NCBI RefSeq assembly: GCF_006345805.1
Contig: NC_043020.1
Location: forward strand, 12,710,001 to 12,774,000
Reading direction: 5' to 3'
Source of the DNA: Octopus sinensis
Lineage: Eukaryota
DNA length: 64,000 nucleotides
How positions within the stretch are numbered: position 1 is the stretch's first letter; each line of letters opens with the position of its first letter. The position numbers were made by a program, and so were the translations under genes. Below are positions 25,674-38,200 of the stretch, in pieces. Under the pieces are notes generated by a model. The model had not been told where the DNA came from. It did no database searches and was given only the letters and a program-made list of their open reading frames with translations.

Positions 25674-28600
25674 TACGACAGGCTTTTTTCAGTTTCCGTC
25701 TACGAAATCCACTCACAAGGCATTGGTCGGCCTGGGGCTATAGCAGAAGGCACTTGCCCAAGATGCCACGCATTGGGACTAAACCCAGAACCATGTGGTT
25801 GGTTAGCTAGCTACTTACCACACAACCACTCCTGCACCTATGGTTGACTTTTACCGTTTTTTTCCTTCTAGAAATTCTTAAAATAAGTACCAGTTAAATA
25901 CTCGGGGTCTCTTTTAAAAATTGCTGGCCTTGAGCAAAAAAAAAATTTTAAAAGAGTAAGTACCAGTTAAACACTGGGGTCTCTTCTAAAAATTGCTGGC
26001 CTTGAGCCCAAATATAAAATAAATTTAAAAAAAGAATTAATTTTTAAAAATATTTTTGTTCCATTTTATTTGACAACGAAAGAAGTGTTAACATATTTTA
26101 TTTCATTCATTAGTGGTTTTTTCCCCCTTTTTTTTAATTATTTTCTCTTACTAATGTCCATAGTGAACAGCAAAGTTCCTCCTTCTGCCCCAGTTAATTA
26201 TTACTTCAGTATTACTACTGTCATCATTTCACATTTCTAAATATTGGTGATGCTGATGGTGCTGCTGCTGCTCTAGTAGTCCTGCTGATATTTTTCCATA
26301 CTACATAAGATGTGCTGATGACACACAGCTAATTCAATATGTGCTGCTGCATCTGTTGATCAATAATTTTTCAGTAGTAGTCGATCACATCGAAGGCCGT
26401 TGGACAGTCTAACAAGTGGCTCTTGCCTGCCGTTTGTGTATAAGTAATACTGGCTTTCAGGGGAAAGGAACTGCTATTGTAAATATTGCTGCTGTTGTAA
26501 TTTGGAACCAAATTGGTCAGCGACAGAGGTGCATGTGGGAGGAAAAACATAAACATTCACAGACACACATACACAACTGCAGTTTCTCTGTCTCTTTTTC
26601 TCTGGTTTCCACCCACACACTACAGCCTCTGCACACGCACACTGCCGCTTCCACAGACACACTACCGCCTCCACAGACACGCACACTACCGCCTCCGCAG
26701 ACACGCACACTACCGCCTCCGCAGACACGCACACTACCGCCTCCACAGACACGCGCACTACCGCCTCCACAGACACGCACACATTGCTGCCTTCACACAC
26801 ACACACACACACACACACATTGCCGCCTTCACACACACGCACACTACCACCTCCACAGACACACTACCGCCTCCACAGATACTAAAGCTTCCACACGCAC
26901 GCTACCGCCTCCACACTCACACGCTACCGCCTCCGCACACGCACACTACCGCCTCCACACACCCACACACTACCGCCTCCACTCACACAAATAAACAAAC
27001 AAGGGAACCGAGATATTACAAGGCTTTGTCCACTTCTGACCCTCACCCATGTATTCTTCAACGAGCTATTGCGATATTAGTGGAGATATGTCATGGAATT
27101 CCAAAGAGAACTGTCTTGAGCGAAAAAAGGATGTGTTTAAAGCTGTTTATTCCTGTATGGAAACATGTACCATTTTGATGGAAAACCACACCATCAACCA
27201 AAAGGTAGTAGACCACTCGACTTATCACCTGTTCCTCATTCTTTCATTCATTTGTTCTTCTGGTGAAAATATTTTTAATATTTTTCTTTCGTTTACCTTG
27301 CCTTATGTTTTTCTTCTCCATTGATAAAAAATATTATAGTTTTATAAAAGGGCATACTCATAATGTTTGCTTTTGATTTTGTTGTTGTTGTTGGTGGCGA
27401 TGTGTGTGTATGTACTTACATGTATGTATGAATGTTTTGGTTTAACCCTTTAGCATTCAGATTTCTTTGTGAAATTTATTGCTTATTTATTCATACCCCC
27501 TACTGTCACGTTCTTGTTAGATTGACAGTATACAACCATTCTATCGCCCCACCACCGTACATGTCTCTACAAGAGATTTAGAAATTCAATATTTCTTATT
27601 CATACTGTTTTTGAATTAATCACATATTATTTTGCGGCTTCAAAATTTAAATGGTGTGGCTATATATTTTTAAAATGACATTGTAGGGTAGGTGTGAGAG
27701 GTTGGATCCAGACAGTTTTAACATAAAACAGATGGATTATTTGGGCCGGATATGGCCGTATTAAATGCTAAAGGGTTAAAATACTGACTTTATTAGATAA
27801 ATAATGCTGTCTCTAAGATCTACTTAACCAACGCTGGCAGAAACGTTAGCACGCCGGGCGAAATGTGTAGCCGTATTTCGTCTGCTGTTAAGTGTTCTAG
27901 TTTCAAATTCCGCCGAGGTCGACTTTGCCTTTCATCCTTTCGGGGTCGATAAATTAAGTACCAGTTACGCACTGGGGTCGATGTAATCGACTTAATCCCT
28001 TTGTCTGTCCTTGTTTGTCCCCTCTATGTTTAGCCCCTTGTGGGTAGTAAAGAAATATATACTCCTAATATACAAATCTACCATGTAGACACACACCCCC
28101 ACCTACTTTCTAGCATATTATGTGGAAGTTCTTTATTTATCTTCTGTCACTACACCCTGAAGATAATCCAACTGGGTAGAAGGAATTAAATAAGATGTAT
28201 GAGGACCTGTTAAGGGAAACAAGCCCCATGTGCACTACAGGGTAATTTGGGTATGTATGCAAGACGATATATATGCGAAAACATACCCTGCTAGATACAA
28301 TATTATTTGGGGATGTGAATAATTTGAAAGGGATTTTCAAAACTTGTTCTTTTAACCCTTTAGTGTTCAGATTATTCTATCAAACATAATGCCTATTGAT
28401 TCCCATTGATTTGAATTAATCATGCATTATCTCATATCTTCAAGATCTTGATGGTGTAATTAGTTAATGTAGAATAACATTGTAGGGTAGGTGTGAGAGC
28501 CTGGATCTGGTCAGTTTGAACATAAAACAGATTAACTATTTTGGCCGTATATGGGCGGTTTAAATACTAAAGGGTTAATCATTTTGTTTGAAACCCAGTG

Positions 28601-28863
28601 AAATCTGAAGTTATAGCCAAGACCAAGTCTTTGTCACAGACTTAAATTATTACATACAAACACTAATGTATAATAGATATCTCTGCTTTTCAGGTGATTA
28701 CGGTTCCTGTCAGCACATATGTACACAGTTATGTGCTTTGACTGCGGTAGTGTTCAGCTCTAATTTCTAGCAATATTGGTGTTTCTAACACCCTCAGTCA
28801 TTTATAATGACGGTTATAGTTTTCCTTTTTGGTACACATTTCTTACTGCTACCTATAGTAATA

Positions 28864-28894
<31 letters not shown>

Positions 28895-30086
28895 GTCATC
28901 ATCATCATCATTTCACGTCCGCTTTCCATGCTAGCATGGGTTGGACGGTTCGACCGGGGATCTGGGAAGCCAGAAGGCTGCACCAGGCTCCGGTCTTATC
29001 TGGCAATATTTCTACAGCTGGATGCCCTTCCTAACGCCAACCACTCCGTGAGTGTAGTGGGTGCTTTTTACGTGCCACCTGCACTGGTGCCAGGCGAGGC
29101 TGGCATCGGCCACGGTCGGATTGGTGCATTTTACGTGCCACCTGCACGGAAGCCAGTCGAGGCGGCACTGGCTTCCGTGCAGGTGGCACGTATATATATA
29201 TATAATCATCGTCATCATCGTTTCACGTCTGCATTCCATGCCAGCATGGGTTGGCCGATTTGACTGAGAACTGGTGAACCAGATGGCTGCACCAGGCTCC
29301 AATCTGATCTATCAGAGTTTCTACAGCTGGATGTCCTTCCTAATGCCAACCACTCTGAGAGTGTAGTGGGTGCTTTTTATGTGCCACCAGCACATTTGGT
29401 TCATACTTTGGTGAGGAACTGCAAGTTCATTTCCATATGCTTATTATGTAAGCTATACACTCTGCTTTGTTCCTTACTTCACAACTTTTCCCCAAAGTGA
29501 AATGAAGAGATTTACTAAGACCAAAACATGGTCTTTTACAAGGGCCAGTCACATATGTGTGTGTGTGTTTGTGTGTGTAAAAGAAGGGAAAAAAATGATT
29601 TAAAAAATCCAGGCATAAATCAATGAATTTGATTAACTCTATCAAACGATCAGACACCAATAAATGCAAGGAGAATACACATCTGAGGTAATTCCGAATA
29701 TATGATAAGTGGATCCAAATATCATTTGGAAGAATTTCAAGAAATTCAGAGCATTAGACAAAAAAAATATATGGATGAAGAAATTCATATCTTTAATATT
29801 TTCTTAGTTCACTTTGAATTTTAAGTAATTTTGGATCACTTTGAAAATGTGTTAATTATGTATTTTCAGATATATTAATTTGAATGATATTTTCTGTATT
29901 GAAATATGTTGATACAACAGAAATGATCATCGGCTTTGTATGGTGAATTCAATAATTAAAGACGTGATTTTTCTCTATCTGTATTTTTGTTATATATATA
30001 TATATATATATATGCACACACATGCATTGTAATCATTTGATGTGTGTACCTATATACATACATATATGCATACACACATATTAACT

Positions 30087-30133
<47 letters not shown>

Positions 30134-31539
30134 GTATATTAAATTGATAATAAAAGGGTAAAATTTATCAAATTAAATTAATTAATTAATCATTCAATTA
30201 ATTAGTAATTTTAGCAAGTAGATTGGTACATTAAAATAACCTTTATAGGTAAAATTATACAAATATTTTATAATTTTAAACGTAATTATAATTAGGGTTC
30301 AGCTAATTGCTTCACCACATACCGAATTTAGAAATAGGAGTTAAAATTCCTTTTCTACTACTGTAAGAATCTCCATGACAGTAGAATACTTTTTTACACA
30401 GGCAAAGAGAAAAACTACACTGAAGAGAGAAGTAGGTAAATTTTTAAACACTTTATTCTCGAAACGCGTATGTAGTTAATCCTGGCCGTGTTGATCCATT
30501 GTGTTTCTCTTTGCCTGTGTAAAAAAGTAGGTTACTGTCATGGAGATTCTTAGAAAATATCATTCAAATTAATATATCTGAAAATACATATCAACACATT
30601 ATCAAAGTAATCCAAAATTATTTAAATTCAAAGTGAACTATAAAAATATCAAAGATACGATTTTCTTCATCCATACATTTGTTGTCTAATGCTCTGAATT
30701 TCTTGAAATTATTCCAAATGATATTTGGATCTACTTGGTATATATTCGAAATTACCTCAGATGTGTATTCTCCTTGCATTTATTGGTGTAGTAGAAAAAT
30801 AATTTTTAACTCCTATTTCTAAATTCGGTTTGTGGTGAAGCAATTAGCTGAACCCTAATTATAATTATGTTTATAATTATGAAATATTGGCGGAGTGGTT
30901 GGCGTTAGGAAGGGCATCCAGTCGTAGAAACACTGCCAGATCTGACTGGGCCTGATGAAGCCTTCCGACTTCACAGACCCCAGTTGAACCATCCAACTCA
31001 TGCTAGCATGGAAAACGGACGCTAAATGATGATGATGATGATGATGATGATATATATATATATATAAATTTCTTTCTTTCTTTTACTTGTTTTAGTCATT
31101 TTTGACTGCGGCCATGCTGGAGCACCATTTTTAGTTGAGCAAATTGACCCCAGGACTTATTCCTCGTAAGCCTAGTACTTATTCTGTCGGTCTCTTTTGC
31201 CGAACCGCTAAGTTACGGGGACATAAACACACCAGCATCGGTTGTCAAGCGATGTTGGGGGGACAGACACATAAGCATATACACACACACACATACATAT
31301 ATACAACGGGTTTCTTTCAGTTTCCGTCTACCAAATCCACTCACAAGGCTTTGGTCGGCCAAGACACTTGCCCAAGGTGCCATGCAGTGGGACTGAACCT
31401 GGAACCATGTGGTCGGTAAGCAAGCTACTTACCACACAGCCACTCCTGCACCTATATATATATGCAGACACACATATACATGCATTGTAACCATTCGATG
31501 TGTGTACGTATATACATACATATATGCATACACACATAT

Positions 31540-31575
<36 letters not shown>

Positions 31576-33783
31576 AAACTTAGGTTTTGGCTATTATTGA
31601 CCCAGACCATTATTGGCTTTACAGCATCACCTGAGGTAGTCTTTTAAGTCCTGTTTTAGGACATCATAGCCAACTCAAAATAAGATGTGGTATATTGAGA
31701 TGTATCTGGGTGTTGGTGGTTTGTCTGGTATTTCTTGGTGGAATTTGAGTGCTATTTAAATATTATGGAGTCTCTTTTCCTTCTTGTTTTGAAATGTCCA
31801 CAGCTTAAGATATTGTCTTCCTGTTTGGTGATGAGGGCATCGTGTTGGCAGAAACTATGCAGAGCAGAGAGTTTATCCCAAGTGAGCAGGGGAAACCTAT
31901 GTGAGTGACTTCTGAAAGTTGAAGTTGGCACTGCTTGCTGTGGCATGCATTGACAAATTGGCCTGGGGTACTGAACTCTGTAAAGGACAAACCTGTATGT
32001 ATGGAGGACAGTGATTTTACTTAGCTATTCAAATGTGATCGTTGCCAAAAACAACATTCGAGCATGGTCATTGCCAGTGGCGCCGGACTGGCTCTTGTGC
32101 TGGATCCACGTAAAAATACCTCTTGAGCGTGGTCGTTGCTAGAACTGCCTGACTGGCCCCCATGCCAGTGTCACATAAAAGCACCCACTACACTCTCGGA
32201 GTGGTTGGCGTTAGGAAGGGCATCCACCTGTAGAAACTGTCAGATCAGATTGAGCCTGGTGCAGCCTCTGGCTCACCAGTCCTCAGTCAAACCGTCCAAC
32301 CCATGCCAGCATGGAAAGTGGACATAAAACGATGATGATGTTGATGATATATACACACAATGTCTATAAGTAGATGTGTGTATAGGTGTTTGATCCCTAT
32401 TTATCGATTTTGAAAAGAAAATTTCTACATTGTATTGTCTCCTCTGTGTTTGGCCCTGCATGGCCTAATAAAGAAATCTGTACGTATATATGTGTATAGC
32501 TGCATGTAAACCAATGTAGTAGACATACAAACACCTTCAACTTCTCTGTAGATTAAAAGAAAATTATGAACATCCTAAATCGATTTTCAACCTTTATTGG
32601 GATCTCATCAGGGATGTCTACATTGCTAGATCCACATGTATGTATATAATGTACGAGCAAAACGCCCCCCTCCCATCCAATGGACGGTGCTGAGTTGTCA
32701 AACGTTTAAAACAAATTTTCTCAAAACAACTTGTCCGACCGCCCCATAGGCCTCCCCTTTGAGAAACACTGATTTAACCTAAATTCGAGACACCAGCAAA
32801 AGAAGAAATAAAGATAGACTTTTTTTCTATTCCAAAGAAAAGCGATTTTATTCACACAAATATGCAACCGAAGAGTTTAAAGTACCAGTAAGTACATTGC
32901 AACAGCTGATGTACTTGCGCGTACAAATGCATGTTCCCACGGCTTTATCGATCACATTCTCACTCGGAATCGATTTTTGTAATTTTTTCAAGACTTATAC
33001 ACGACCTGATACTGTCGGTATCTACGTATCAAATTTGAGCCCAATCGGATGGAGGATGCCTGAGATCCTAGAAGACACACACACAAACAGGCAGAACGGA
33101 TTTTATATAATAGATGTGCATATGCGGATGTGCGTATCAGATTTGGCTGCTTTTATTAGCAGACTCAGTGACCCTGTCACAACTTTCACGTCGACTTGAG
33201 TTACTGTATCCAGAGGGGTGCTATAATGGTTGTATTCCTCAATCCTTTTGTTACCAACTTGACCAAACCCCTAGTTCCGTAAAGCAAATGTCCTGTTTTA
33301 GAGTGGTTTAACTCTTTCATATACAGATTACTCTCTCAAATGTAATGCACATTTCTTTGAATTAATCCTGCATTATCTCATAGCTTTGAGATTTTGAAGA
33401 GGTGTAGTTGTGTGGTAAGAAGCTTGCTGCCTAACCACATAGTTCCAGGGTTCAGTCCCACTGTGTGGCACCTTGGGCAAGTGTCTTCTATAGCCTTGAG
33501 CTAGCGAAAGCCTTGTGAGTGGATTTGGTAGACAGAAACTGAAAGAAGCCCATCATATATATTTATATGTATATATTTGTGTGTGCTTATATGTTTGTTT
33601 GTCCCCCCCCACCCCTATGGGTGAAGCAGAAAGACAGTGCAGTTGACTCCTGTACCTAGCAGTAATTGCCTTGTACTTATTCTATCGGACTCTTTTGCCG
33701 AACCGCTAAGTTACGGGCATGTAAACACACCAGCATCAGTTGTCAAGCGATGTTGGGAGGGGCGGGGGGCAGATACAGACACA

Positions 33784-33877
<94 letters not shown>

Positions 33878-35176
33878 CATATACATATATACGATGGGCT
33901 TCTTTCAGTTTCCGTCTACCAAATCCACTCACAAGGCTTTGGTCGGCCCGAGGGTATAGCAGCAGACACTTGCCCAAGGTGCCACGCAGTGGGACCGAAC
34001 CCGGAACCATGTTGTTCGTAAGCAAGCTACTTACCACACAGCCACTCCTACGGCCAGTTTAAATGCTAGGGGGTTAAATTTAAACCTTGTATCAAAAATT
34101 CAATGTTTATTTATTCTAAGCACTAGCTTAATAACGACAAAATCATTTTCCTAAATACTTAATTATTTTCATAATTGACTACAAAGGCAGTGCATTTCAC
34201 CAGAATTATGCTAACGAAACGGTTAATTGTGACCCATTTGTTTGAATCATGTGTCTCGATGACATCATTGTTATTCTTGCAGTGGAATGGCAGAATTTAT
34301 ATAGTGTGAAGTTGGACTAAAACGTTAGTTGAATCCCTACACATTGCGAGTTCAAATCTTGCCATGGTTGAACTTGGTTATTTTGCTTTCATGTTTGATG
34401 AAATAACCCCCACCCCCCACCCAGGTAATTACTGCTAGGTACAGGAGAGTCAACTGCACTGTCTTTCTGCTTCGCCCATAAATTATTGATCTTGTACCCC
34501 CATTTGCTTTTATTCTCCCCCCCCCACTCGGGTTGATGATACCCCCCCCCAGCAAAATCTGGGGCCCTTAAAGCTGATGTCAGTGATTATTATAATTATT
34601 TTGCTGCACATAGGAAAATCATAAAAAAACCAAAAAAATTTTTAATTATCTAATGTGAGAAATCCTTAATTAGTTTTTGGTGCAGCATAAAGCACTGCAC
34701 AGTAAATCTCCCCCCCTCACCTCATTTATGGAGTCTGGTGTCCCTGGAAGAAATCGATATTCTTCATAGTTCTTTAAAAGCTCTGACCAACTGGAACTGC
34801 TCTCTTTCTCTCTCTCTGTTTCGGTTTTTATTGATTTATCTTTTCCTCAATACCTATTGATTTGACCTCATCTATTAATCTAATTTCCTAACCGCTCGCT
34901 TCTCGGTCACTCTAACTTCCCCCCACTTTCCCCCCCGTCATCTCTCTCTCTTTTTGTATGGTTTCACTTTCTCTAAATTTTACTGTCTCTTTCCATCTTT
35001 AATCTCTTTTTCTCCCCCCCCCAGCCTTCTCTCATCTTCACTCTCTTTCTCAAAGAAGCGATTTAACCAAAAATCAAAGACTGATTGTGGTAGAAGGTGG
35101 TATTAAAATGATTCTCTCTCTTGTACGCATCATCATCATCATCGTACATTTATGTGTATGTGTGCATATCCATCTA

Positions 35177-35212
<36 letters not shown>

Positions 35213-38200
35213 TCTATATATATTATATATATCTATCTATATATCTATCTATATATATATATCTATATATCTTTTTATATATATATATATATATATATAG
35301 ATGCCAGGACCCCTGGACTGGTGGTACGTAAAAAGCACTATCCGAATCGTGGCCGATGCCAGCACCGCCTCGACTGGCTTCCGTGCTGGTGGCACGTAAA
35401 ATGCACCAATCCGACTGTGGCCGTTTGCCAGCTCTGTCTGGCACCTGTGCGGGTGGCACGTAAAAAGCACCCACTACACTCACGGAGTGGTTGGCGTTAG
35501 GAAGGGCATCCAGCCATAGAAACACTGCCAGACCTGACTGGAACCTGGTGTAGCCCCTGGCTTCCCAGACCCCGGTCGAACCGTCTAACCCGTGCTAGCG
35601 CGGAAAATGGACGTTAAACGATGATGATGATGATATATATGTATATATATATATGCCCTAGAAACAAACCTAATATTGTCTGGTAGATAAAGCACTCAAT
35701 CATTGGCTAATTAGTTTGATTAAATCCTGATAATTCTGTATAACTCATTTCTAGTACATTGTATTATCTGTTATATATAATTTTTGTTTTTAATTGCTTG
35801 CGTTTCAACAACTCACAATGAAAGGAAACATAATGTGTGGTTGAGTGGAGAATCAAGCGTTTTACTCTCTTATGTTTATATTCTGTACTTTTGGCTGAGG
35901 GTTCTGTTTTAAGCATAGGACATACACAGTTATTTTAAATTAGTTCCCTTCTCTGTGTAACTGTAACAGTAAGCTCTGTACCCTAATCCTAAAATCCAAA
36001 TCACAAATCTCCTTTAACCCTTTAGCATTTAAACTGGCTATATCCAGCCAAAAGTATTCTGCCTGTTTTATGTTCAAACTGGCCAGATCTGGTCTCTCAC
36101 ACCAGCCCTACAATATCGTTTTAAAAATTAACATCTACCTCATCAAAATCTCATAGCTACAAGATAATGCATTTAAACTGGTCATATCCGGCCAAAAGTA
36201 TTCTGCCTGTTTTATGTTCAAACTGGCCAGATCTGGTCTCTCACACCAGCCCTACAATATCGTTTTAAAAATTAACAGCTACCTCATCAAAATCTCTTAG
36301 CTCCAAGATAATGCCTGATTAGTTCAAACCAATGTGGATAAAAAAGGGTTAATTTTGGCAGAATAATGCGAACACTAAAGGGTTAACCCTTTTTGATACC
36401 AACCCGGCTGAAACTAGCTCTGGCTCTGTAGTGCAAATTCTCATTTTCATAAGTTTTGAATTAAAATCTTCCACCAGACCTTGGTCTCAATTTATGATCC
36501 TAACACTAGATTAATGATGATCAAGTTATTTTACTAAATTCTTCGTTATATTTAAAATTAATTGAAAGAAATACAGAGCATCTCAAAATAAATACAGTAA
36601 CGAAAGGGTAATGTATTTCATTCAGAAAAATATTTTGAAACGGGCATGGCTGTGTGATTAGGGAGCTTGCTTCCTAGCTACATGGTTTCGGGTTCAGTCC
36701 CACTGCGTGGCACTTTGGGTAGGTGTCTTCCACTATAGCCTGGAGCCGACCGGAGCTTTGTGATTGAATTCAGTAGGTGGAAGTTACTGCCATGTGTGTA
36801 TGTGTGCGTATAGCTGCTCAGTGCCTCTCCGAAAGAGAGAGAGAGAGGGGGGGGATATTTCTGCTAGTGCTGTACTTCAAAAAGGGGAGTGCACAGTTAG
36901 CTAGTAGCTAGTTGTGTACTCTAAAGCAGGGAGTATACATTCAGATGATCATGTACTCCAAAGCAGGGAGTACACAATCAACCAGTTATGTACTCCAAAA
37001 TGGAGTATGCAGTCAGCTAGTTGTGTCCTCCAAAGTGGAGTACACAATTAGCTAGTTGTGTACTCCAAGAAGAGTACATAGTTGGCTTGTGTATTCCAAA
37101 ATGAGGAGTTTGAGGATTTCATTTCATTTCATTTTTCATTTCATCTAGTTTCAGCTCACGAGTTGTGGCCATGCTGGGGCACCACCATTCGGTGTTGCTA
37201 CATAATTTTACTTCACAAATGCTTGTTTAGCAATTGACATTTGGTGCATGAGAGAGTTTGATGCAGCTGCCCTCATCTGCACCTCCTGCTGTGAAGTTGG
37301 TTCATCTGGGATTGGTCAACATTTTTTGATAACATTTAAAAATTTCTTTTCCTGATCATAAATATGTCTCAAAATAGACAATTGGAAAGCTAGGCATATA
37401 GGACCCACATTGCACAACTCTCGCATTAGATTATATTAACCCATACCAGCATGGAAAACGGACTTTAAGTGATGAGGATTACATTGTTTAAATTATTTGA
37501 AATTTAGTTTAATGTAGGTACAGACCCGATTGTATAGTTAAGACTGTCGTTTCATAAACTCATGCTTTCCAGGCCTTTCTACTCAACGTCATTATCATAA
37601 ACATATGTAACAAACCAGCTGGCAGAATTGTTAGCACGCCGGGCGAAATGCATAGACGTATTTCGTCTGTCGTTACGTTCCGAGTTCAAATTCCGCCGAG
37701 GTCGACTTTGCCTTTCATCCTTTCGGGGTCGATAAATTAAGTACCAGTTACGCACTGGGGTCTATGTAATCGACTTAACCCCTTTGTCTGTCCTTGTTTG
37801 TCCCCTCATCTGCACCTCCTGTTTAGCCCCTTGTGGGTAGTAAAGAAATATATGTAACAAACTAGAATTGTTGAAAATAAGACATTTTGCCATATGTCAT
37901 TTAGATTAGGGCTGGGATTTTCAGCAATCCTTTTCATCTATGGATCCCTTTGAAATAGTATTTTATTCTGGTGGACCCCCATAGCCATTTGATGTTTAAA
38001 ATCTAGTTTCCTAGAAGCTTCTTTGAAAATCCCTATTTTGTTTTCCACACATTAACTTGTGTAGGTTGAACTACATAAAAAGTTTGAGAAAGAAACCAAT
38101 TTGTTTCTTGCAATACATACATCATCATCGTTTCATGTCCATCTGGCCAGTTATGGCTGGTTTGAATGTTAAAAGGTTAATATAATCAGTTTCCCCACTT

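Noticed and set aside
26300-26470. Alternative first exon joining exon 44234 (NET1A-like)
   Set aside because: Unique sequence with an acceptor-like and a donor-like site, but no ATG-initiated frame reaches a phase-0 donor.
28137-28340. Minus-strand ORF as a GIY-YIG fragment
   Set aside because: Only a vague resemblance; key residues are missing.
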